Assembly: GCA_036274175.1 (NCBI GenBank)
Contig: DASUGF010000083.1
Span: 79,004 to 143,003, forward strand
Direction of reading: 5' to 3'
Length of the DNA stretch: 64,000 bases
Source of the DNA: Parafilimonas sp.
Lineage (GTDB): Bacteria; Bacteroidota; Bacteroidia; Chitinophagales; Chitinophagaceae
The stretch's first letter is position 1. Every line of letters begins with the position of its first letter. Under the pieces are notes generated by a model. It did not search any database and was not told where the DNA came from. It saw only the letters and a program-made list of their open reading frames with translations. A program made the position numbers and the translations under genes. Positions 9,741-19,576 of the stretch are shown piece after piece.

Positions 9741-10682
9741 CTAAACATCCGCCTCCCGAATAACCATTACCATATCATCATAACCGTTTCTGAATAATAA
9801 CATTTTTAAAGTGCTCATGAAACGGTTAAGCTCTCGTTCCACGATGAGATCATAATCTGTATTCAATTGGTTAAATTCATTGGGAAGCAGGTTGGATATA
9901 GAAAAGTTGATGCCGCTGATGATTGTTGGAAAATCTATTAAGCCCAATGTCTCATCTGTTATATGCGTATCCAGCGTAATATTTCTTGGCCTTCCTGCAT
10001 AGCTAAAACTAACATTCGCTCCGGAAAATTTTCTTTTAAGCCGTTCAAATTTGAGATTAAGATCCGTTGTGATCCTGTCGGGAATGATGATCTTTAATTT
10101 AACGTTGGTATATTTTACCTGATTATAATCAAAGCCGTCATTCTCAATAAGGTATTTGCATGTTGGTGAAATAAGATTTTCAAAATAAACAGCAGCCAGG
10201 GTTGCGGACGGGAAAAAATTGACCTCATTGTCGGAACTGTTCAAAAAAATATTCTTAACCTGTGAAACTGCATCCACAAAACTATTTGCATCTGCTTTGT
10301 CGAATTTTGCCAATGTTATTCCCTGCAGGTCCGACAGCAGCTTTAGATCTTTTTCAATCACAAAAGCGCATTTGGAAAGCCCCAGCCTGCCAATGAATAA
10401 ACCCAATTCAAAAAGTATATTGTCCCTTGGCTGCAACACTTCTGTTTCGTGATAGATCACTCTGTCATCTGTTGTGCCTAACAGAACTCCAAAATCAAAC
10501 TTCAGGGAAGCCTTTAACAGGTCTGACAAAAAATTCTGATTTATCCTGAAAGCAGCAACATCCCATATCCTGTCATTCCACAGGGTGACATCAAACTCTG
10601 TTTCTAAAATCTGTTTAGCTGTATTGGCTAATTGTAATTCTTCAGAAGATGATCCGATAAATATCCGTTTCCTGGTAGCCAT
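9741..10682 (-). CDS. TIR-like (PF10137/COG4271-type) domain protein with uncharacterised ~170-aa C-terminal domain
   Basis: 313 aa. The N-terminal 140 aa align block by block to the recalled PF10137 consensus. RIFIGSSSE matches kvFIgHg. FGVLLGTTDD matches fAiilltpdD. PRDNILFELGLFIGRLGLSKCAFVIEKDLKLLSDLQGI matches pRARqNVvfElGyfvgkLGrervcll...PSDlsGv. No cyclase or CD-NTase gene is adjacent. The gene is a solo unit with its own upstream spacer at 10683-11190. Confidence 0.55.
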   Translation of the reverse strand: MATRKRIFIGSSSEELQLANTAKQILETEFDVTLWNDRIWDVAAFRINQNFLSDLLKASLKFDFGVLLGTTDDRVIYHETEVLQPRDNILFELGLFIGRLGLSKCAFVIEKDLKLLSDLQGITLAKFDKADANSFVDAVSQVKNIFLNSSDNEVNFFPSATLAAVYFENLISPTCKYLIENDGFDYNQVKYTNVKLKIIIPDRITTDLNLKFERLKRKFSGANVSFSYAGRPRNITLDTHITDETLGLIDFPTIISGINFSISNLLPNEFNQLNTDYDLIVERELNRFMSTLKMLLFRNGYDDMVMVIREADV

Positions 10683-11193
10683 TCAATATGGTCATTAACA
10701 ATTTTTAGCAACACAATAATTCTTTGTGCAACTTACAAATTTTTACCGCCCGGGAAGAACCCTTAATGACAAAACAAAGGATGTGGCAATACAAATGATG
10801 GTATCTATTTGCATGCTCTCCTTCAAAAAAGGCACTTCAAAAAGTTTCCCGGCATCAACGCCTAAATCATCAGATGACGGCTTAAGGCGTAAATGCAGCA
10901 TACGGATGGATCAAAAAACATTACAGTAATTACAAAATAAAAATGCAATCGCTCAGCATGCAGGATAACAAGCCTTACGATATAATAACCATTAAGCAAT
11001 CAAACGGGGAAGACCTGTCGCTCTACTTTGATATTTCCAAATTACTTTGGAAAATTTTAAAATTTTGGTGATGACGCAGGCGCGAAACCCGGCAAAACCA
11101 ATAATTGATCACCTGGCTTATACAACCTGGCAGGACATAAATTAACAAATGGGGAATATAATCCAACCTGCCGGGTTCAAATTGGGTTCCATC

Positions 11194-13422
11194 TTAGTTG
11201 CTTTTCTCCAAAAGCAACTTTTGATTGGAAATATCATAAAAATTATCCATCAGTTCGAGCAGTTTTGGCCAATTGGTTGCAGGCTCAAAATTTTTGAGAT
11301 ATTGTTCCTTTACAGTTATGCGAACCGTTGCATCATCTGTTGTTGCTATAGCTGCCACTGAACCGCTTTCATTATTTATGCTCTTATTAAAATTTTCAAT
11401 ACCCTTTACCTTATAACCTTTGGGTATAGACAAGGAGATGGTATATGTATAAGTTCTTCCATACGGCATATAAACATCTATGGCACGGGTGCGGTCCTTC
11501 TCTTCCACTTTCCTGGTGACACCAACCAATTTGCCTGCTTCAACTATATAATTGTTACCTGCCTTCTTTACAAAATTGTCCATAGTAAATTTTGTATGAT
11601 ATTCAAATTCCGAGTTAAACATGCCTTCATTCTTTACTTCATAAATCGTTACCTCCTTCGCAGGCTGGTCATATTGGTTTTTTATCTCATCTTCAAAGTA
11701 AGACTTCTGGTTGGTCTTTTCTTTTGCAAAAGCAGCGCTGAATTCGCTTACGAGTTTATATTGCTTTTTATCATCGGCAAGGCGCTCGGTTAGTTTTTTT
11801 TGATTAACGGATGTTGCCAGGTAGGCTTCCATATCTTCCATCATCAATAATTCTTTTTGTGTATAATGTCTTGTTGCTCCGGATAGTTGTGTAGACCTGT
11901 CTATTTGCAACTGCTGCATATTAGAAGGATTAAATGCAACACTAATATTTTCTGTTTCTGTGTTTTTATCTGCTGTGGTAACCGGGATTTTAATTTTACC
12001 GGTTTGATCGTAAGAAATCTTTTTTACATCCACATCGGGGCGAAACACCAACCCTTCTTCGCCCTGTAACCTCGCGGGTATTTCATTGAATTGTGTTACA
12101 ATATCATTAAATGCAAGCCAGTAATTCTTACCATTTTTTAAATGAAGCATCGCTTCAAAATCGGTAAGGTTCATCACGTCTTTTAATTTATTTGATGTAC
12201 GCGGGCAAACCAGCACCAATTCATGGTCGATACCCAGGGTACGCAACATACGGCTCATGCTAATGGCTCCGACAAGGCTGTTTGCCTGCGTATAATTGTA
12301 ATCATTGGTAATGTCGATATTGGTTGTGGAAAAATCGCAAAAGGTAGTAAGACGCCATGCATTGTATAAAGTTTTTACCAGCGTGTCCTGAGTTTGATCT
12401 TTTAAATGTTTTTCACCGCCAAAATAAGTTGCGGTTCTGTTATACGGTGCATAATTAACAGGTAGGGCCGGGCTTTCAAGAATCTTTTCAAACTGGTCTA
12501 AAAGGTCACTGCTTAAAAAGCCATGCTTCACTTCCCCCCGGTTAAAATGGCTATTGGCATCAGTGCCTTTGGTCAGGAATATATACTGCAGGGAAATGTA
12601 GGGGTACTGCCTGTAGGATGACGTCCATAAACTGCTTTGAATCTTAGGCAGGTTTCTTTGCTCAGAATAAAGAATGATGTTATCATCCTCATCACGCATT
12701 TCTTTTAATGCCGGTGCATTGTTTGCAGTTACGTATTCTGCACCTGATTTTTCATCTAACTGAAGCCGTATGGATTGATATAATATGGGGTATTCACCAC
12801 CTAAGAAAAATGTATATGGGCCTTGTGTTTCGGTGGTGAGTTCCTGTATTTTTTCTGTACGAATGTAATAATCCAGGATATCACCTACCTGCAGGTCAGG
12901 AATGGCAAGCTTGCTTTCTTTCTTTTTGTTTTCATCTTTGGTTAACACTTCCTCGCCTGTATTTACCATTATTTCTTTACCATCTGCCTTAATAATTTTT
13001 GCGCCGATGTATGTATCTGTCTTATTATACAATTTAATTAAAGCAACAGAAACAGTTTTATCCAGCTTTTTCTGGTATTCCAGTGTAGAATAATCACCCA
13101 ATGCAGCCTTATCATTTATCTTCACTCTTTCGTGAAATGTTGTTTGATAATAAATCCGCGGTACAGAGCCAAAACCCAAAGGGCTGAATTTCATTTTCAT
13201 TTTGCCGCTGTTCACCACATCAAAAGATGTCGCGATAATAACAGCACTTTCATTGTTCATTTCCGCAGGAACTGATTTTACCGCAAACTCTTTTGAAGGT
13301 GTATTCCATATTTCAGTTTGGATATCCTGTGCTCTTTTCTTGTAAGCGGATTCATCTTTTTGCGCGAGTGCACTTAATACGGTACATACCGATAGTACAG
13401 TAAATACAATTTTAATTCTCAT
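11194..13422 (-). CDS. DUF3858/transglutaminase-like lipoprotein; catalytic Cys appears to be absent (pseudo-transglutaminase paralog)
   Basis: 742 aa with signal peptide MRIKIVFTVLSVCTVLSALAQ. The region GAISMSRMLRTLGIDHELV...AMLHLKNGKNYWLAFND aligns to the transglutaminase core of the adjacent 627-aa protein, but a Cys-to-Ile/Ser change and an Asp-to-Ala change fall at the catalytic positions. There is a 3-nt gap to the upstream gene. Confidence 0.5.
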   Translation of the reverse strand: MRIKIVFTVLSVCTVLSALAQKDESAYKKRAQDIQTEIWNTPSKEFAVKSVPAEMNNESAVIIATSFDVVNSGKMKMKFSPLGFGSVPRIYYQTTFHERVKINDKAALGDYSTLEYQKKLDKTVSVALIKLYNKTDTYIGAKIIKADGKEIMVNTGEEVLTKDENKKKESKLAIPDLQVGDILDYYIRTEKIQELTTETQGPYTFFLGGEYPILYQSIRLQLDEKSGAEYVTANNAPALKEMRDEDDNIILYSEQRNLPKIQSSLWTSSYRQYPYISLQYIFLTKGTDANSHFNRGEVKHGFLSSDLLDQFEKILESPALPVNYAPYNRTATYFGGEKHLKDQTQDTLVKTLYNAWRLTTFCDFSTTNIDITNDYNYTQANSLVGAISMSRMLRTLGIDHELVLVCPRTSNKLKDVMNLTDFEAMLHLKNGKNYWLAFNDIVTQFNEIPARLQGEEGLVFRPDVDVKKISYDQTGKIKIPVTTADKNTETENISVAFNPSNMQQLQIDRSTQLSGATRHYTQKELLMMEDMEAYLATSVNQKKLTERLADDKKQYKLVSEFSAAFAKEKTNQKSYFEDEIKNQYDQPAKEVTIYEVKNEGMFNSEFEYHTKFTMDNFVKKAGNNYIVEAGKLVGVTRKVEEKDRTRAIDVYMPYGRTYTYTISLSIPKGYKVKGIENFNKSINNESGSVAAIATTDDATVRITVKEQYLKNFEPATNWPKLLELMDNFYDISNQKLLLEKSN

Positions 13423-13425
13423 AAT

Positions 13426-15309
13426 TTATGGGGCAGTTAATACTATTTGCTGGTTATATGCTTCTGTAAGTTTTGCGATGTCATCATTCCATTGCTTAAA
13501 ATTTATTTTGGCAATTTGTGTGCTTTTAAGAATAATGCTTTTATGATAAATAATCTTGTTGGATTGTTGTGTATAAGTAATATTAAACTCGTAGTTATTG
13601 TTTTTTACGGAAAGGTCAGGAGGTACTGAACTTATTTTATATCCTGCCGGAACTGTGAGTTCTGTAATGCGTTCCACATGTGTTTTATAAGGGAAGAGAT
13701 AATCAAGCTTGCGTTTTGAAGTGTCAAAGTCGCTGCCATTTAATTCCTTCTTAAAATCAAGGTCGACATAAAAATCTTTGCCAAAAGAAGTCACGATGTT
13801 GCTATGGGTGACTGAATAAGTTGCTGTGAGGTCTCCTTCAATATCATCAAGATCTGATGTTTTGAGATCCGTTATTTTATAATCTGCATTTCCGTCGGCC
13901 AGGTATCTTTTTAACGCGTCCTGCGACTTATCTTTCTTAATATAATTTAGCTGATACAAAATGTACTCCTTCTCTTCTCCTTTCCAGTTTTCGTTTACAG
14001 TTCCGTTAAGTTCGGCGCCATTTATCGCAAGCACCCTTTTTTCTGAATCGAGATTTTGTGCGTATGTTTCGAGGGGCACATGTGTAAGTATATATTTATC
14101 GCCATCTTCAATCAATATCTGCCTGCCTTGTATGCGTTCAGCATAATCATCCAGGCCGAGATAATTTTCCGTGGCATCCAGGAAATACGTTTTGCCTTTA
14201 TACATTAAAGCGCAGATCATGTGATTGTCCACTGCAAGCGAAGGCGTTGAATAGTCGTAAGCAATGTGATTAGTGCCCAGCCAGCAAAGCCTTGCATCAA
14301 AGCCTTCCGCTTTTAAAAGTTCTTTGGTAAGGTTGGCCATACCTTTACAGTCACCGTATTTTTTCCGCATCACTTCTTCTGCTTTATCGGGCAAAAAGCC
14401 TGCAATGCCATCTTCAAAAGCTATGTAACGGATATTATTCTGCACCCAGTAAAAAATGGCTTTTACTTTATCCATATCGGCTGTTTTACCGGCAGTAAGT
14501 TCATCAGCTTTTCCTTTTATAATGGTTGCATTGCTGGAAAGATTTTTTAAGATAGAGCGGTACCAGGCATACTGGTCGGCAGTAGATTTAAAAAAAGTAA
14601 TGGTAGCACCTGCGGGATTCGCCTCTTTTGAAATCACCAGTATATGCGGGTAAATGTATGTTGGACCGGGGCATGATTTTTCGTTATTACGCGCTTCGAT
14701 ATTATTAGCAGTGAATGTATAAATATCCTCATCTGTTTTGGAATCATATCCCTTTGTTGTGCTGATGGAATAGCCGTCGAAATTCATTTCTTTTAATTCA
14801 ATGCGCATCCATTTAGGCACTTTAAAAACAACCTGCTTTGAAGCAACAGGATACATTTCATCAAAATAAATATTCGTAAGATAACGCGGGTCTTGTATAG
14901 TTTTCTGAAAATCAACTTCAGCTATACTGCCCTTTTTATCCAATAATAAAGGGAAGTAACATATGTGGGCATCTGAATAGAAATAATCATCCACCTGGTA
15001 GTAGGAATAAACAGGTTTAACATCTTTAGGTTTTTTCCCGTCAACGGAAAAATCAACCGCATCAATAATCATCTTGTCGTTGTAAAACTCAACAACCGGT
15101 AATGTGCTGCGGAATTCATTACATCGATAAGTTATATTCAGCGATTCTTTTACCTGTACGCTGTTGGACGGTTTATCCCAAACAAACTCATACACTTCTT
15201 TACTGCTGGTGATAACTATATTGGAATCTTTTTCAGCAAAATTTCCGGCACTTGCTTTAAGGCAACAGGCAATTAAAATGGTACAGGTTACGGGTAATCT
15301 CATGCTCAC
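13426..15309 (-). CDS. DUF3857 + transglutaminase-like cysteine protease domain lipoprotein
   Basis: 627 aa with a signal peptide. The transglutaminase core is YGDCKGMANLTKELLKAEGFDARL (catalytic Cys), DNHMICALMY (His) and YFLDATENY (Asp). Confidence 0.65.
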   Translation of the reverse strand: MSMRLPVTCTILIACCLKASAGNFAEKDSNIVITSSKEVYEFVWDKPSNSVQVKESLNITYRCNEFRSTLPVVEFYNDKMIIDAVDFSVDGKKPKDVKPVYSYYQVDDYFYSDAHICYFPLLLDKKGSIAEVDFQKTIQDPRYLTNIYFDEMYPVASKQVVFKVPKWMRIELKEMNFDGYSISTTKGYDSKTDEDIYTFTANNIEARNNEKSCPGPTYIYPHILVISKEANPAGATITFFKSTADQYAWYRSILKNLSSNATIIKGKADELTAGKTADMDKVKAIFYWVQNNIRYIAFEDGIAGFLPDKAEEVMRKKYGDCKGMANLTKELLKAEGFDARLCWLGTNHIAYDYSTPSLAVDNHMICALMYKGKTYFLDATENYLGLDDYAERIQGRQILIEDGDKYILTHVPLETYAQNLDSEKRVLAINGAELNGTVNENWKGEEKEYILYQLNYIKKDKSQDALKRYLADGNADYKITDLKTSDLDDIEGDLTATYSVTHSNIVTSFGKDFYVDLDFKKELNGSDFDTSKRKLDYLFPYKTHVERITELTVPAGYKISSVPPDLSVKNNNYEFNITYTQQSNKIIYHKSIILKSTQIAKINFKQWNDDIAKLTEAYNQQIVLTAP

Positions 15310-15501
15310 AAATAATTTTGGCGGGCGGCAAAGTAAATAATAATGTTGTTAAAGGAAATGAAATGCAAAATAAATTTTTCGGAAAACTTCATCACCAGGT
15401 CCACCCATAATGTCCGGCACTATATAATCATGTTTTGTTATAAGTGATGGAGAAAAAAAATTCAGCTTCTGTAAACCGGGAAAGGGTAATTCAGCACAGG
15501 C

Positions 15502-16626
15502 TTAATAATCGATCACCTGTTCAACGATCATTTCAGGTATTTCCCGCCATTCATATTGCTGATTGCGTAACTGTGGTTCAAAGCCCGCTTCTTTAATGGC
15601 TTTCTGAATTGTCTTATACGTAAACCGGTGCGGCGCACCTGCAGCGCTTACCACATTCTCTTCGATCATGATGCTGCCAAAATCATTGGCGCCGGCATGT
15701 AAACAAAGTTGTGCGGTTTGCTTGCCTACCGTAAGCCAGCTTGCCTGTATGTTTTTTATATTTGGTAACATAATACGGCTCATGGCTATCATTCTCACGT
15801 ATTCTTCTGCAGTGGTAAGATTATGTACGCCGCGAATGCGTGCCAGTAAAGTATCCGCATCCTGGAATGTCCACGGAATAAAAGCCAGGAAGCCTTTTGC
15901 GTTTTCCGGTTTCATTGACTGCACTTCGCGTATGCGCGCCAGGTGAATAAAACGTTCTTCAATAGTTTCCACATGGCCAAACATCATAGTTGCGCTTGTA
16001 GTGATATGCAGCTTGTGCGCTTCTTGCATAACAGCCAGCCATTCATCAGCGCCGCACTTGCCTTTGCTGATAAGCCTTCTTACACGGTCAACCAAAATTT
16101 CTGCACCGGCGCCGGGTAGAGAATCAAGCCCGGCATTTCTTAATTCGATTAAAGCTTCGCGATGTGATTTCTTCGACAGCTTGCATATATGCGCCACTTC
16201 AGGCGGACCCAAAGCATGCAGCTTTATATTAGGATATTCCTGTTTTATTTGCCTGAAAGTATTCGTGTAAAAATCAAGACCCAATTGCGGATGATGGCCG
16301 CCTTGTAACAACAACTGGTCGCCGCCATATTTCAATGTTTCTTCAATTTTCCTGCGATAGACAGGCATCTCAGTTATATAAGCTTCAGGATGTCCCGGAA
16401 TACGGTAGAAATTACAAAACTTACAGTTGGCCACACAAACATTTGTAGTATTTACATTGCGGTCGATCTGCCAGGTAACTTTACCATGTGGCGCCTGCTT
16501 TTTGCGTAGCTCATTCGCTACATACATGAGCTCTGTAAGCGGTGAATGTTCAAAAAGAAAAACACCTTCCCCAACACTTAAAAATTCAAAATTCAAAGCT
16601 TTTTCATACAATGCTGCAACATTCAT
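15502..16626 (-). CDS. radical SAM enzyme, MqnC/MqnE (CofH-like) family, futalosine-type menaquinone biosynthesis
   Basis: 374 aa. CVANCKFCNFY is the CxxxCxxC radical-SAM cluster motif. The N-terminal region (QIDRNVNTTNVC) resembles MqnC/MqnE/CofH. MqnC and MqnE cannot be told apart by eye. Confidence 0.55.
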   Translation of the reverse strand: MNVAALYEKALNFEFLSVGEGVFLFEHSPLTELMYVANELRKKQAPHGKVTWQIDRNVNTTNVCVANCKFCNFYRIPGHPEAYITEMPVYRRKIEETLKYGGDQLLLQGGHHPQLGLDFYTNTFRQIKQEYPNIKLHALGPPEVAHICKLSKKSHREALIELRNAGLDSLPGAGAEILVDRVRRLISKGKCGADEWLAVMQEAHKLHITTSATMMFGHVETIEERFIHLARIREVQSMKPENAKGFLAFIPWTFQDADTLLARIRGVHNLTTAEEYVRMIAMSRIMLPNIKNIQASWLTVGKQTAQLCLHAGANDFGSIMIEENVVSAAGAPHRFTYKTIQKAIKEAGFEPQLRNQQYEWREIPEMIVEQVIDY

Positions 16627-16784
16627 ATTTCTATATTTGTCTTTAATAAAAACGATTGCGTTTTATAACTTGCGGGTAGCAAAATTACTGAAGAATAAGT
16701 TGTGTAGTGAAGTTTTAAAACCAATACAAACGGCTTTATATTTACATTAAAGGTTTGGATACAGCTTAAAGCAAGTGTATTTTA

Positions 16785-18050
16785 ATGCAGACGAACAAAA
16801 AGAACATGCCCCATTTTAATAACCTGTTTTTACGATTGCTCAAACGCCAGCTTCTGATTTGCCGGATTAAATTTATTCAGTGTGTTATTTTTATTTTTCT
16901 CTCGTGCCGCCTTATAGCACAGGAAGAATTTGTACAACCGCCTTCAAAGCTTATTACAACAATTCCTTTTACACAGCTAACAGGAGGCATCATTATTTTA
17001 CATGCCACGTTAGATGATTTTAAAGACAGCTTAAATTTTGTGTTAGATACCGGGAGCGGCGGCATTTCGCTTGACTCAAGCACCTGTGATTATTATAAAT
17101 TAAAGCTTGTACCAAGCGACCGTATTGTGCGTGGCATAGCCGGGATGAAATATGTTTCCTTCGCCAATGATCATTCCCTGCATCTGCTGGGCCTTACTGT
17201 AAATAGCTTAGACTTTCACGTAAACAATTATGAAATTTTATCAAGCGCTTATGGAATGCCCATTGACGGTATTATAGGATATAGCTTTTTCCGCAGGTAC
17301 CTTGTTTTTATTGATTATGATAACCAGGAAATGAAAGTGTATACACCGGGTATGTATAAATATCCCAAGGGTGGTTACCTTTTAAAGCCACAGTTTTCCA
17401 CGCTGCCGATGCAAATTGCAGGTGTAAGAGATAACAAAACTATCCAGGGAAAATTCTATCTTGATACCGGCGCCGGGCTATGTTTATTAATGAATGATGA
17501 TTTCGCAACCGACAGCGCAGTGTTTAGAAAAAAAAGAAAAATGTTTGCAACACAGGCCGAAGGGTTGGGGGGCAAAACAGATGTACAGTTGTCTGTGGTA
17601 AGAGAATTAAAAATAGGGCCATACCGTTTTCACAATGTGCCTGCTTATGTTTTTAACGATGAATATAATGTCACCAATTATCCTGTTTTAGGCGGATTAA
17701 TAGGAAATGACATTTTGCGTCGTTTTAATGTTTTGCTTAATTACCCGCAACAGGAAATTTATATCAAACCAAACAAACATTATTTAGATTCTTTCGACTA
17801 CTCTTATACAGGTCTCGGGTTCTATTTAATTAACGGCGCCATTACCGTTACAGATATCATAAAAGATTCACCCGCTGAGAAAGCCGGGTTTCAATTTGAA
17901 GACATCATTATTGGTGTTGAAACCAACTTCTCCAATAATATACAAGCCTATAAAGTATTAATGCAAAATGCAAAGTCAAGATTGCGCGTGCTGGTCATGC
18001 GTAAAGGTCAACCCATAATTCTCTATTTAAAAGTTAAGAGCATATTGTAG
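16785..18050 (+). CDS. retropepsin-like aspartyl protease with C-terminal PDZ domain
   Basis: Two DTG/DSG motifs (VLDTGSGGISLD and YLDTGAGLCLLMND) and a C-terminal PDZ (GLGFYLINGAITVTDIIKDSPAEKAGFQFEDIIIGVE). The true start may lie downstream of 16785. Confidence 0.6.
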   Translation: MQTNKKNMPHFNNLFLRLLKRQLLICRIKFIQCVIFIFLSCRLIAQEEFVQPPSKLITTIPFTQLTGGIIILHATLDDFKDSLNFVLDTGSGGISLDSSTCDYYKLKLVPSDRIVRGIAGMKYVSFANDHSLHLLGLTVNSLDFHVNNYEILSSAYGMPIDGIIGYSFFRRYLVFIDYDNQEMKVYTPGMYKYPKGGYLLKPQFSTLPMQIAGVRDNKTIQGKFYLDTGAGLCLLMNDDFATDSAVFRKKRKMFATQAEGLGGKTDVQLSVVRELKIGPYRFHNVPAYVFNDEYNVTNYPVLGGLIGNDILRRFNVLLNYPQQEIYIKPNKHYLDSFDYSYTGLGFYLINGAITVTDIIKDSPAEKAGFQFEDIIIGVETNFSNNIQAYKVLMQNAKSRLRVLVMRKGQPIILYLKVKSIL

Positions 18051-18205
18051 ATTTGCCCGCTGATGGTGAATGGTGAATAGTCAATTGTCAATGGTTCAAT
18101 CGGGGAATACGCAATAATCAATGTTCAATATTCAATGCTCATTGATAAACGTTCTCCACTTGAATATTGATTATTAAGTGTTGAATATTGAATATTTGTG
18201 ATTTA
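18051..18205 (+). repeat. dispersed ~10-bp-period repeat element forming a G·U-containing hairpin on the + strand RNA
   Basis: ggtgaatggtgaatagtcaattgtcaatggttcaatcggggaatacgcaataatcaatgttcaatattcaatg ... cacttgaatattgattattaagtgttgaatattgaatatttgtg. The 3' arm is the reverse complement of the 5' arm with A-to-G and C-to-T changes, so it pairs through wobble only in the + strand RNA. It lies between co-directional + strand genes. Confidence 0.55.
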
Positions 18206-18286
18206 AACTTAATGACATTGGATAGCCAATGGTCTATGAACCATGATTTATGCGCAATAATCTACCCTCAAAAAAAATAATTCAGG

Positions 18287-19525
18287 ATGATAAATTACAA
18301 CCGCTTCGTTTTAGATAACGGCTTACGTGTTTTGGTGCATGAGGATACTACAACCCCGATGGCGGTGGTGAATATCCTGTATGATGTAGGTGCAAGAGAT
18401 GAGGATCCGGGCAAAACAGGATTCGCGCATTTATTTGAACATCTTATGTTTGGCGGTAGCATCAATATCAAAGATTATGATGAGCCGTTGCAGCGTGCCG
18501 GCGGGGAAAATAATGCTTATACTACCAATGATTTTACCAACTACTACTGTCAGTTACCGGCAGAAAATATTGAAACTGCATTCTGGCTGGAGAGCGACAG
18601 GATGTTGAGCCTTGCATTCAGTAAAAAAAGTCTTGAGGTGCAACGAAAAGTGGTATGCGAAGAATTTAAAGAACATTACATCAATAAACCTTATGGCGAC
18701 GCATGGCATAAAATGCGCGAACTCTCTTATACCACGCATCCTTACAGATGGATGACCATCGGCAAAAACCTTGAACATATCGAAGAGGCTAAGCTGGATG
18801 ATGTAAAAGCATTCTTCTTCAAACATTACCGCCCGGTAAATGCCATTCTTGTGGTAGCGGGAAATGTAAAGACAGAAGCAATAAAAGAGCTTGCTGAAAA
18901 ATGGTTTGGCAATATTGAACCGGGGGAAAAATATATGCGCAGCCTGCCCCGGGAACCAAAGCAAACAGCGCCAAGGATCTTGTCGGTAAAGAAAGATGTT
19001 CCGCTGGATGCATTTTATAAAACATGGCATATGCCCGGAAGAATGGATGAAGGGTATCATGCGGCAGACCTGATCACTGATATTTTAGGAGGTGGCGGAT
19101 CATCGCGGTTGTTTCAATCGCTCGTGAAGGAAAAAAGATTGTTTAGCAATATTGAGTGCTATCATTTTGGAAGCCTTGATGCAGGTTTGTTAACTATAGA
19201 AGGCAAGCTTGTTAAAGGAGTGGATATGCAGCATGCTGAATTAGCTATTGAAGAAGAACTCGCAAAGCTAAGAACATCGGTTGTTGCTGAAGAAGAATTA
19301 CAAAAAGTAAAGAATAAAACAGAGAGTACAATTGCTTTTGAAGATATCACTGTAATGAGCCGCGCTAACAGCCTTGCATTTTATGAATTGCTTGGAGATG
19401 CCAGCCTTATCAACCAGGAACTTTCAAAATATAATGCAGTAACAGTACAGGACATACAGCATTACAGCCATGAGATCTTTGATGCTGACAACAGTAATGT
19501 ATTGTATTATTATAGTAATAATTAG
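18287..19525 (+). CDS. M16 (pitrilysin/insulinase) family zinc peptidase
   Basis: 412 aa. Inverted zincin motif GFAHLFEHLMFGGS (HxxEH) and a downstream Glu region. Confidence 0.8.
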   Translation: MINYNRFVLDNGLRVLVHEDTTTPMAVVNILYDVGARDEDPGKTGFAHLFEHLMFGGSINIKDYDEPLQRAGGENNAYTTNDFTNYYCQLPAENIETAFWLESDRMLSLAFSKKSLEVQRKVVCEEFKEHYINKPYGDAWHKMRELSYTTHPYRWMTIGKNLEHIEEAKLDDVKAFFFKHYRPVNAILVVAGNVKTEAIKELAEKWFGNIEPGEKYMRSLPREPKQTAPRILSVKKDVPLDAFYKTWHMPGRMDEGYHAADLITDILGGGGSSRLFQSLVKEKRLFSNIECYHFGSLDAGLLTIEGKLVKGVDMQHAELAIEEELAKLRTSVVAEEELQKVKNKTESTIAFEDITVMSRANSLAFYELLGDASLINQELSKYNAVTVQDIQHYSHEIFDADNSNVLYYYSNN

Positions 19526-19576
19526 TGTGTTGGCAGAAACCTTTTCGGCGAGTGCGAATTATAGTCATACTAAAAC

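Noticed and set aside
9741-10682. Calling the TIR-like protein a TIR-STING CBASS effector
   Set aside because: The size and the N-terminal TIR/C-terminal domain layout are reminiscent of bacterial TIR-STING. However, I cannot identify STING c-di-GMP-binding residues by eye, and no CD-NTase is adjacent. This is kept only as a hypothesis to test.
10726-10929. 67-aa ORF in the 500-bp spacer upstream of the TIR-like gene
   Set aside because: No RBS context and a low-complexity translation. A 43-codon ORF at 10944-11075 is equally unsupported. Both are left unannotated.
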